From the NCBI GenBank assembly GCA_044892525.1, contig CM097885.1, positions 177,506,001-177,570,000 on the forward strand: 64,000 nucleotides of DNA, written 5' to 3'. The DNA comes from Schmidtea polychroa. Its lineage: Eukaryota. The notes under the pieces were generated by a model. It ran no database searches. It saw only the letters and a list, made by a program, of their open reading frames with translations, and had not been told where the DNA came from. Below are positions 19,243-29,627 of the stretch, in pieces. Numbering within the stretch: the first letter of the stretch is position 1; every line of letters starts with the position of its first letter. The position numbers and the translations under genes are program-made.

Positions 19243-20298
19243 ATGACACAAGAGAGAATAACCGAAAATACGATAGCCCCAACCAATACCCACAAGACAC
19301 AAATTCCCAGAGAATATAACGAAAAATGGAACAAAGTAATGTTCCAACTAACTAACCTCACCCATAACTACATCGAAGAAGCTAGAGAAGATGAGAACAG
19401 TAAATATCAATGGCTAATCCACAATTTAAGAGAGGAAGCCGAAGCATGTAAAAGAGCATCAAAATGGGCATCATTAGAAAATACCCGCCAAGAAGCGCAC
19501 AGCCACTACTTAAAGCAGCTAGTGCAGGAAGCGAGAAAGAGACTTACCGATGAGAACACCAAGCGCGAAGCGGAAAAGCAAATAGAAGGAAGGAAAATGA
19601 TGCACTTAGTGGCAGAAGCGAGAAAATGGAAAAGACAAAACAGTGAAATGAAAAAAGAGATGAAAGAATTGCCCATGAGACTCGGATATGAAAGCGAACA
19701 AGGTAAATGGGAGGAGAATTTAATAATAAAGGAAGAATTGAAACGGTTGAGAAAGGTCGCCGCCCGAAGTCAAACCTGGCAAACAAAAGCTATGGAGTTT
19801 GAGCGACATTTGGCAATGAAATGCGACATAAGAGAGCACGAGAACGCCGCAATGGAAGAGATGATAACCCAACAAACAGGACGGATTGTGGAATTAGTAA
19901 ATCAGGTCGAAGAGATGAAAAGAGACCTTAATGGATTACAAGGATCGCTGGAACAAAGAAACATGGTCCTAGCGGGAAAAAATAAAAAATTAGAAAACGA
20001 GAGGAAAATGTATACCGAAAATATTAAAAACTTAGAAATAGAAATTGAAAAATGGAAGGGCGACGAGAAAATCAAGGCCCTAGACAAACAAATAGAGGCG
20101 AAAGACGAAGAGACAAGGTATCTCACCTATCTGCTCGACGAGGAATTGAACATCACTCGAGCTCTAAGAGACGAAATTAATGAATTGAGAGCTCAAATTC
20201 CCCAATATTACCTACCCTATGACCCTATTGCGATACAGTTGCATCCCGCGGTCGATAGTGATGAAGGTTATGTGGGACAGGAAGAAACCTTCGTATAA
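19243..20298 (+). CDS. Accessory ORF C: 351-aa coiled-coil protein ending in ETFV
   Basis: Long uninterrupted ORF, E/K/R-rich heptads, no recognisable catalytic motif. Confidence 0.75.
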   Translation: MTQERITENTIAPTNTHKTQIPREYNEKWNKVMFQLTNLTHNYIEEAREDENSKYQWLIHNLREEAEACKRASKWASLENTRQEAHSHYLKQLVQEARKRLTDENTKREAEKQIEGRKMMHLVAEARKWKRQNSEMKKEMKELPMRLGYESEQGKWEENLIIKEELKRLRKVAARSQTWQTKAMEFERHLAMKCDIREHENAAMEEMITQQTGRIVELVNQVEEMKRDLNGLQGSLEQRNMVLAGKNKKLENERKMYTENIKNLEIEIEKWKGDEKIKALDKQIEAKDEETRYLTYLLDEELNITRALRDEINELRAQIPQYYLPYDPIAIQLHPAVDSDEGYVGQEETFV

Positions 20299-20467
20299 GG
20301 GTGATAAAAGATAAAAACAAAAAAAAAATCGGGACGTACATCCCAAACAAAAAAATTAAAGTATTATAAAAGTACTCAAGGGACTGTAACCCGAACTATT
20401 AAATTTTATATAAATGTATATGTATAAGTCGCACTATAGCGCACCATTAACTGTACATATTATAGAT

Positions 20468-20920
20468 ATGAAAATCGAGGAAATAATAGAAATTACGAGC
20501 GACGTAGAAGAGGGAGAGATTGAGGCAGAAACAACAAAAACACAAACGCTAAAGGCCGAGTTACGGGAAGAGAAGTACGAAAACGAGAGACTAGTAAACA
20601 AATATATAGAAGACCGAAAAATGATTAAAATACTTAAGAAGGAGTGCGAAGTGCTAGGAGAAATAAAGAGAGAAGTCGAAGAGAAGAATGAATGGCTGCA
20701 AGAACAACGAAAACGAGGAAGAAATTGGGAAAAGATTGCAGAAGAACTATGGCAAGAGAGGGCAAGCTTCAAGGCAGAAGAAGTAATCCAGGATTATTGG
20801 AAAACAGAGGCGAAAGAACGCCAAATAACTATAAATGAATTAAATCAACAATTAGAGGAAAAACAACGAGAAAGTGAGGAAATGAAGAAATGGATTCGCA
20901 AATACCAAGAGATCGAGAGA

Positions 20921-20951
<31 letters not shown>

Positions 20952-21184
20952 GAAACCTTTCGCAGGAAAACGAACAAGATTTCCTACAAATCGAACTAAA
21001 AAGGAATCTCGACAAAAAACGGGAAGAAATTAGAAGACTGAAAAAGGAGATAAGGCACATGAAAAGGGAGGTCCGTGAAAAGAACAGACAGTTGGAAATG
21101 CTGCCCGAGTTAAGACACAGAGTCATTAAAGCGGAATCCACCTTGATGAGAATCGCCGAAAATAACCCAAATCAGAACCATTAA
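20468..21184 (+). CDS. Accessory ORF D: coiled-coil protein with a poly-Q run
   Basis: ORF 20414-21184; likely start is the ATG at 20468 after an acceptor-like TTATAG; (CAA)n gives Q9. Confidence 0.7.
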
Positions 21185-21239
21185 ATTAAGGGTCATTAAA
21201 ACCAATTGTAAATAAACATAATGAATGTATAATAGTATC

Positions 21240-21884
21240 ATGCGAGGCGAGATGATGATAACAATGGCGGTATTGATGATTCTGATGGAGAACAAACAAT
21301 TAAACGCCCAACCGAAAATCGTACGAGATTACCGCAATCAAAATCAAGAACCTAAACAAGAATCCGGCAAATGCACATACCCTATGACCGTAAAAACCCA
21401 TATCATCCAAACCATTCAATCAACCCGATCCCACATCAACAACATCCAAACAATGTGTAAAAAGAATCCCATTTGTAAAATGATAAACAAACAAATCTTC
21501 GAACAAAGCCAACAGATCGACCAGTTGGAACAACAAATGCAACAAGAGAATTTTGAAAATCTTGTAGAAAAGCCAAAACCACCTCCCGAAATCAATGACA
21601 CCCATTATCTCACATACGTGGTGATCGCAGAAACCCTCCTCCTATGTCTACCAATACTCATGATAATTTACGAAGTTAGAAATAGATGTAGAATCTCGAC
21701 AGCAATAAGAGTAACCTCGAACAGAAATCCTCAAGAAGTGCCGCTGACAAATCTTAACCCAACCCCATTCCGACCTCGAATCCCGAGTAACCAACCAATC
21801 CAGCCGAATTCTAACAGTCAGACCTATCTCAACATCAATACCCAAACCAACCAACAGCCGCCAGCAGAAGCATCAAATAGTTAA
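21240..21884 (+). CDS. Accessory ORF E: predicted type I membrane protein
   Basis: Signal-like MMITMAVLMILM, Cys-containing helical ectodomain, TM LTYVVIAETLLLCLPILMIIY, P/N/Q-rich tail. Confidence 0.72.
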   Translation: MRGEMMITMAVLMILMENKQLNAQPKIVRDYRNQNQEPKQESGKCTYPMTVKTHIIQTIQSTRSHINNIQTMCKKNPICKMINKQIFEQSQQIDQLEQQMQQENFENLVEKPKPPPEINDTHYLTYVVIAETLLLCLPILMIIYEVRNRCRISTAIRVTSNRNPQEVPLTNLNPTPFRPRIPSNQPIQPNSNSQTYLNINTQTNQQPPAEASNS

Positions 21885-22439
21885 CAGTCCATAAACTCTA
21901 ACTCAAACATTTGTGTTATCATATGTGGAAACTTTTATTGTATATAAAAACTATCACCTTAAGTGATACTTGCTTGGTCTTGATTTGACCTATATCTTAG
22001 AATAAAAACCTTTTTTTTTGTATAATTGTTTCGATATATCCTTTTTATGAATGCATGAAGTAAGATAACTATGCAATTGCGGGACGCAATTTTGATGGGT
22101 CCCCGAGTGATTTGTTGGGCTGAGCCGAAAGATAGCTGGGAAATCAGGTTAAACTTAACTAAAGAAAAATAAAAAATAAAATAAATAGATCGAGGAATAA
22201 AATAGAATAGAACATAAGAAAAGTAATAATTAGAAAATAAGAATTAAAACAAAAAACATAAAAATAAGAACAATTAAATAGGACAATAGAATGACGAAAA
22301 ATAACGTAAAAGGTAGTAGATAATAAGGAAATTAAGGAAAATAAATAAAAACATAATTTTAATAAAGAAAATAAGAAGAAATAACCCAAAAACAAGGAAA
22401 ATAAATTAAATGAATAAAATAAGGCGGTACTCAATTCTG

Positions 22440-22527
22440 ATTGGTCCGCATAAACAAAAAATACCTATATAAGTAAGCAGCAAATTCACTATAATCAATG
22501 TTAAAATCAAACCAATTATAGGTAAGA
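22440..22527 (+). promoter_or_regulatory. Promoter-like cassette: reverse CCAAT, TATA box, then a 5' splice donor
   Basis: ATTGG at 22440, TATATAA at 22466-22472, AG|GTAAGA at 22520-22527; a 32-bp CCAAT-containing direct repeat at 22493 and 22546. Confidence 0.4.
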
Positions 22528-24710
22528 ATAGTATTAACTATATGAAATCAATGTTAAAATCAAACCAATTATAGGTACTCGACAATCAGGAAAACCAAAC
22601 CATACTCAGATAACTATTAGGGACAGTTCTATAGACTACTCATTCATATAACCGATTGGATCAGTTTATATTTCGGCTCCGCCTTTGGAACTACAGAATT
22701 TTTCAAATAATCAAGTAAGGATGTATTGCTATTATGAAATTTGTTTTTGGAGGATTTAAATATTTCTATTATATTAACCTAACTTTTGAATAAAAACTTC
22801 TCCATTCGGTTTCGATCTTTTAACGATTTTATGGTTCATAAATTAATTTACAGGTCAATGAATTATAAATATTTATGTTATGTTTTGTCATCAAATGTAT
22901 TGATTATGCTAAAATTATTTGTTTTGAGAAACGTGGAGTTGAGGAGACCCACGCCATGGTATGAGGAGCCTTCGGGAGCTCAGCCGGCGGGTGTGGATCT
23001 CTTCAATCACGCAGCTGACGTGGGCCGGAATGTGGGGGCTTCCTCACGGGTCCGTCGCTGAGGGAAATAAAATGCTGCAAGCACGAGTTTAAAGTGTAGA
23101 GGAATATATTCCAATATTGAAAAGTAGAGCAAATCTGAATTGAAAATGACTGAGGTGGCTACAAACTCTTCCAAGTATGAGAATCTCATTTTCTTAGGTA
23201 CTATACTTTGAAATTTTCGTCTAACATCATGAATTAGTCTAGATCGACTACTCACTTCCGTGATACTCTATCATCTTGCGATAAATCCCCTTTTTCGTCA
23301 AAATTCATGTCAATTTTCATCTTAGCTGATAGAACCCAAGAGCTAATACATTCACTCTGATGTTATGCAGTAGTATAGGAAGTATATATGGGAGATCACT
23401 GAACGCTTTTATTTACTAAAAAGATATTTGGAGGAGTACGTTATTGTTTTTATCAAAAGCGCCTTAACTCTTTCTGAAATCCCCAATAGCCGTAATCTGA
23501 AGTCCGTTCAGTAAAAGACCCTCTGGCCTCATAACACAGTAAACATACAAGGAGAATTTACAAAAGTATTTAATTAAAAAGATAAAATTTCGTAAAAAAT
23601 TCTTTATTTTCATTAAAAAATTATAATTCTGAGTTACCAGTAGTAGGAGCATAATAATCATTTCGGGAAGTTACCCTTGATAGATGTCGCCAAGATGAGG
23701 AAGGGCTTGAGCGAGTTGATAAAATCTCCACCGGACAGGATATTCTGATGTAAAGCGAGAGAGGCAGTATAATAAAAAATTTTCCAAATTTTCGTGTTTG
23801 CTGAGAACTAAACAGTAGATTCATATCGGAGCTGAATGATTAAGTTCCAAAAATCGATGTAATCCAAGTTCGGCAGCATAGATAAAATATGAACATGTAC
23901 AGTGAGAAGGTATAGTCTGTCTGTAAGTATGCAGTGAATGAGATTGAGCAATCACCTGCAGGTAGAATCACATGTACAATAGCGAACAATTACATATGGC
24001 TTAGTCGATGTGATACTCATGCTGCCGGTACGGTAGCAGTGAATTCACGATTTAATCATCGATAATGAGAAAGTCGAATCCCATTGCACACACATGGTGA
24101 ACACCAACTTTTCTGAGAGATCTGAACACTAAGCCAGTTAACGAGGAGGCATGCAACAGATGGTTCGCATCATACATGTCATACAACTAGAATAGAAACT
24201 AGACTAGTCTAACTTATCGGCAGAGTGATTGATCAAACAGAGCAAAGTCCATTTGACTGTAAGGTTTTTGTAATCGCACGCATTTACAATTAACTCAAAT
24301 TAGAGTATTATAATCACGAATAAACTCAAATCTTTTAATTAATTTATTATCCCGATGTATTGCACCTGTCTGAATTGTTTTGCTGATAGTAAAGTCGAAT
24401 CTGGTCACGCTCATGTATTGACAAGTTTTCTTAATCCGCAATAAAATTATCATGTTGGGCAAAAAAGGGGGGGGGGAGAATTAATTTGTTAACCCGTAAA
24501 CATATAATTACTTTACGGATGTAATATCGATCAACAGGAAGTTTCGCTAACAGTCATTCCGTTTTCTTCTTGTCGGTCATTTCAACCCATGAATGTAATG
24601 TAGGGAATTTATGAGCCTTAATAAATAATTACGCTACTCTGATGGATTAGTAGAGCTAGCCAATTTTCGTCTTATCTCTATTATTCTTTCTTCATTATAG
24701 CTATCAAAAG

Positions 24711-25454
24711 ATGTTGCCAAGCACGAAATCGCCCATCAAACCCTGCTTCTCCTGCTCGGATAAAAATACCGTAATCCGAGAATTACAGGCCCAGATCGGT
24801 TGATATAAAAAGAAGATCGACGATCTGGAAGGTACCTGGTTTAGCCCAGTACAAATGAAGGAAGTTCAAAAGAAATTGTACCGCAGTGAGCATTGTCGCG
24901 ATGCTTTGATAAGCGAAAGTAGAGCTCAGCGTAGCCTAATCAAAGAGCAGTCCGAAGCTCTACATAAAGTTTACGTTCAAGCCGCTACAACCCGAAGGAT
25001 TGTTAGTATTCCGATTAAAGAAGCGGACAATGTCTTCCCCGTTCACCATGAACCTTCATTTAGTTCGCCACCCTTGTCGAAAAGATCTTGTCAGGAATGT
25101 GTGGAGGCCGACCTCTCCCCCAGGCCATCGGACGTACCTACTACCGGCACTGGCAAGGTATTGCATTCAGCCACGACGTCCTCGGCAATCTTGTCTGCCA
25201 ACCCCTCAAAACCTAAGCGCCGCCAATTGTCCAGAGCGGAGCGTAAAAAGCGCCAACGTGAACGAGCAATTGTCAAACAACGAGAACTATCTGTCAACCA
25301 CCCAAGTGCTTCGAATGATCCACCCGTAACGATCGATCTGACCGTAGGAATCCCAGGGCGAATCATATCTGCCGCTGGTGTGACTTGGGAGGAGAATGCC
25401 TCCGAGTTTTTTGATCTAGATGAGCTATTGGCGGATGCGGGGTGGGAGAAGTGA
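24711..25454 (+). pseudogene. ORF inside the putative LTR: CxxC, coiled coil, basic NLS-like segment, acidic-aromatic C-terminus; one in-frame TGA at 24801
   Basis: ATG 24711 is in frame with track ORF 24855-25454; a strong acceptor-like TTATTCTTTCTTCATTATAG lies 10 nt upstream. Confidence 0.5.
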
Positions 25455-26026
25455 TGGCCGCAACACGATGCAACCGTGCAGGGTGCGAATGGACAAATAA
25501 ACTATCTTGACTCTTTTTCTTCTTAATCTATTCTCCACCAAGTGTACTTGTTATGTAGTGTATAATTCTCTAATGTATCATGATAATAAAATAAAGGAAT
25601 ATTTGGTTAAATTTTTGTTGTTGTTTAAATCTAACTAGCTGTGATAAAGGTTCAGCGTAGTGTTCGCCAAGCGAGAGTAAAGTTTGAGTTCGAGAGGCAG
25701 TGGTCAATTTTGTGCCGAATAAGGGGTCAGGGTAGAGGGAGAATCTGATGAGGTAAACACACGTAAGTCCTTCCATCGGCCGTCAGAAAAGGGAAGTCGA
25801 GGCCTCAGTAAGGAGTAGTCCTAAGGTAGGGGCTCACCTGCTTACTATAGTCTCGCCGACATAGCACATTTCCAACGTGAAGCAATTCGCGGGTGCTATG
25901 TTGGAGGGCAAGTTGTGCGGGGTCCTGCTCCGGGTTGACACGGGCGTATGTAGCGTAATGATATGGGCACGCACCCCCTAGACAAGGACGTAGATTGAGC
26001 AGAGTCAACCAAGCACTACCCCAGCA

Positions 26027-26253
26027 GTAGATTGATATCGAAATCCGAATTGATTGAAAATAAGCTAAGGAAAAAACTCAATGATGGTAGGAAAATGTAT
26101 TTAACTTGTTACATTTGTAATGAAAATCAAGTATCGGTTTTGTTTTTACCTTGCGGACATGTAATTGTATGTTCTAAATGCCATGATTCAAATGTTCGCA
26201 AATGTAAAGCATGTTCAATGTATATTAATGAGTATCATACTATATACATTTAA
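26027..26253 (+). pseudogene. C-terminal IAP/MDM2-type RING coding fragment of a host gene
   Basis: CYICNENQVSVLFLPCGHVIVCSKC...CKAC...IYI-stop; AATAAA overlaps the stop; no start codon or upstream exon in the window. Confidence 0.8.
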
Positions 26254-26437
26254 TAAACATTTATTTCTTTACTTTTGTTATTAATACTTTGAATATTGTA
26301 AATAATAAAACTATGTATCAAATAATAATATTCAAAATTAACCAAATTTACAAACTACCGCGCCAGCCCCTTAATTAATTTTATTAAATACATTTGTTTG
26401 ATTTCAGAATTCGATTTGTGTGACTAACCTTGTTAAA

Positions 26438-26582
26438 NNNNNNNNNNNNNNNNNNNNNNNNNNNNNNNNNNNNNNNNNNNNNNNNNNNNNNNNNNNNNNN
26501 NNNNNNNNNNNNNNNNNNNNNNNNNNNNNNNNNNNNNNNNNNNNNNNNNNNNNNNNNNNNNNNNNNNNNNNNNNNNNNNNNN
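26438..26582. other. Assembly gap (N run)
   Basis: Direct. Confidence 1.
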
Positions 26583-27040
26583 TATATTAAAGTGATTCAA
26601 AGCTGATTTATGAAATTGCTTGAACCTTTTAAATGTAATTATTTTTCTTATATTGTATATCAAATATTTTCAAAAAAAAAAAACTTACATCACCAAATTA
26701 TTACTTAAAAATTTCATAAAATAAAGTTTTAATTTTTAATATATATCATAAAAATTAATTAACGAATTTGATTGTGAATTGAACGGGAGTTGAAATGAGA
26801 GCTAATTTGCAATATTTATTCACCTAGCAATGAATACATGATTTTTCATTAAGTTCAATGAAATTATTCATCATTAGCATAAAATGCACAATTATATCAA
26901 TAAAATTTATAAATCGATAAAGCAGGCATTAGCATAATTATTTGTGATTGTATCAGAATCTATTTTAGAATATTATATAAATATGAATAAAAAGAGTAAA
27001 ATTAATTTTCATTAATATGTAGTCCTTTAAAAAAAAAATT

Positions 27041-27095
27041 TGACCTTGACCTTAAAAAATTTTGACCTTGACCTTAAAAAATTGACCTTGACCTT
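27041..27095. repeat. Three copies of TGACCTTGACCTT followed by a G tract and a short GTGTC..GACAC stem
   Basis: Copies at 27041, 27063 and 27083; possibly the end of a small non-autonomous element. Confidence 0.6.
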
Positions 27096-27189
27096 TGGGG
27101 GGAGGGGGTGTCCTGGATGTGACATGTCCTGGAGGTGACACATCTTACTACTCTAATTGAATTTCTTTCTTCCATGCTATATCGTACGC

Positions 27190-27815
27190 TGATGCAATTA
27201 TGTCACCCTGAATTCTTTTAATCGTCCAAACACCAATTTTTCTGTTCTTTAAGATGTGCAGCTTTCTAAAGTCGAGACTAAACAAAGAACAATTTGACTC
27301 AAATTTGATTGCAGTGTGACATTAAGATATCTTCTTAAAGCGATATTCATTGACCGTTATTGTGAATTTTTTTCCTGATTTTATTTTGGCTTCTAAATTG
27401 TGTTTAGTTTCAGCTTGCTTTTCTTTAAAAAATGTCAGAATGTTTTCAAACAGTCAATTCGCTGGTTGGCACTTTGTAATTACGGCTGTTTATTAAGCAT
27501 CGAATTGCCTCGCATTTGATTATTGTACGAAATAGACAACCGTCCTTTTCTGCATATTTCGATATAATTTCCTTCAATGATTCTCTTTTTTTATTGATAA
27601 ATGTTAACATGCCACTAACTTTAGGTATTTTGGATGTAGATGGTCCTACCTTTTGGTCTGAGGTTTTAAACTGATGTCATATTTCTTTAAATGGTTTATC
27701 ATGACATTTGTGGTTCCATCTTTAATGGAAATCTTGTCTGTACATGTTTCAACTTGACATTGCACAATTTCTGATGATTGTTAATTTAAAAAATCCCAAA
27801 CTTTCGATTTTTTTG
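27190..27815 (-). pseudogene. Degenerate hAT transposase N-terminal part (BED zinc finger)
   Basis: Minus strand reads SKVWDFL..IVQCQVETCTDKISIKDGTTNVMINHLK and KKFTITVNEY; stops and frameshifts present. Confidence 0.6.
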
Positions 27816-29085
27816 ATTTGCCATTCAAAATTAGAGGATATTTGTAAATTCTAATTTCGACCGAAATAAAAATAATCCTACTTTTAATTTTGTATACATA
27901 ATTATTATGTAATTATAATTAATAATTTTACTTACAGTGATGTGTTGAGGGCTAGTGAAAGTGTAAAATAATATCACCGAACTAAATACAATTTCTTTAA
28001 AAACAACAAAAATATTCCTAACAATTTATCTTGCTTAGTTAATAAAAATAAATTAGAAATAAAACTAGCTATAATTTTTAAAATATTGACAAGACTTACA
28101 TGACATTTTAAACAGAAAGAATACGAATTGTTTTTATTTAAACAAAAATTTTGTTCCTAGCCTACTCTAAATAAAATATAAGTAAACAACGATTTTAAAA
28201 TTATGTTTTGTTCTAAAGTAAAACAATTATGATATTAACAATATCATAATTGTTAACAAAAACAAAACGTTAATTTTTTTGCTTCAAAAAAGATTTATAT
28301 ATAAAGTAATCTACTCATGAAAATCAACGAGTACTCGGTTAGTCGATAACCCGTGTTGGAAACATTATGCATAAATTCCGTGAAAAATAAAAAAAAATGA
28401 AAATTCTTAGCATAGTATAAAATCAAAATTGTACCTTAAAACGTTTCATGAAATATCATGGAATGACATGATTATAGAGAATTACATAGAATTATATAGA
28501 ATTACGGAGAAAGAATATAATATTTACTCACAAATGATTCTAGATAGAAATTTTTTGTGCATGGAATTTCAAACTAAAATGTTGACATACAGATAAAAGT
28601 GAAATTGTGAGAAATAGCGTCGGTATTTATACCTGATTTTACGCGTGCGCGTCGGGTGCGTGCATTAGTACATTTAAACAAATTCAAAATATTTATCAAT
28701 TAAATTTTTGCCGTAATTATTATCATTTTTAAAGGCGATTTTTCATTTATTTTTATTATTTCAATTGCTACCATTTGTGACTCCATGTTGGATTTATGAA
28801 AATTTTTATGAAAACAAAGAAATGCTAGAATTATATCAAAATCGCATTTTTCTATGGAATCTTTCGTGTCTTAACTCGACCAATCAGAGTTTATTCGCCC
28901 ACCTTTTTGGATACGTTTTATTTATTTATTCTTACTTTGATTGGCCTAATTTTTGTTATATATTTTTTGTTTGATTATTTTTTTATTTCTGATTGCTCTT
29001 ACCTTTGCCATTTTATTTTATTGGTTCCAATATTTATTTTTTGGCTTACTTTTTTTTCTTATTGGCCTAAAAAACTCTAGTCGAA

Positions 29086-29391
29086 TTGTGTTCCGATCTC
29101 GTTTATAAGTTTACATTACATGTGTGTAATGCCACATACATTGGAGAGACTTCCCGTCATCTCTGTATTCGAGCTCGAGAACATTGTAAACCGAAGGCTT
29201 TGACCCATATTGGTGAGCACAATAAGGGCTGTAAGATTAAAATAGGTATGTCTGATTTTAAAATTTTATTGAAAAATTTCAATAATTATTGGGAACGTGT
29301 GATTTGTAAGGCATTGTTGATAAAATCATTGAATCCGAAAATTTATGTGCAGAATACAGTAAATACTTGTGTTTTGAATGTTTTTAAATAA
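29086..29391 (+). mobile_element. Penelope-like element 3' fragment: GIY-YIG endonuclease
   Basis: LVYKFT..CNATYIGETSRHL.IRAREH...H...C...DFKIL....YWER.IC(K)ALLIKSLNP. Confidence 0.88.
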
Positions 29392-29627
29392 GTTATTAAA
29401 TAGGTTTTTTATATAGTATGTATTGATTGTTGTATTAAATTAAATAATTAATAAAAATTTTTTAAATTATTAAATTAAATTTTAAATGCTAAAATTTAAA
29501 AAAAATAATATATTAATTTAAGTATAATTTTTTTTAAAATAATTATTGTTTTTATAAAATAAAAAAATTTTTTATATATAATTAATAAATTTGTTTAAAA
29601 TCCTTAATTTAATGAGTTATTATATCC

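Larger units (their letters stand above)
1..26026 (+). mobile_element. Giant Ty3/Gypsy LTR retroelement with envelope-like glycoprotein and accessory genes (Burro-like); 5' end outside the window
   Basis: Gag knuckles, DTG protease, RT (RFCIDYRKLN, YIDD), RNase H (TDAS, TDHQPL) and integrase in Gypsy order PR-RT-RH-IN. Uniform A-rich sense strand from ~1.8 to 22 kb. The right boundary is inferred from a TG...CA terminal match and an abrupt switch to AT-rich host DNA at 26,027. Confidence 0.92.
22113..26026 (+). repeat. Putative 3' LTR of the giant element (~3.9 kb)
   Basis: Starts TGTTGGG and ends CCCAGCA (6/7 inverted match), then an abrupt change to host-like AT-rich DNA. An alternative start with the same TGTTGGGC occurs at 24453. 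No second copy is in the window to confirm. Confidence 0.45.

Noticed and set aside
3016-22434. Numerous minus-strand ORFs over the giant element
   Set aside because: F/S/L-rich shadows of an A-rich sense strand with no recognisable domains.
24461-24495. A6-G10 purine tract as the PPT of the 3' LTR
   Set aside because: Not directly abutting a TG whose sequence matches the CA end well; kept only as part of the LTR boundary uncertainty.
25745-25800. CTGATGA as a second hammerhead
   Set aside because: No stem II followed directly by GAAA.
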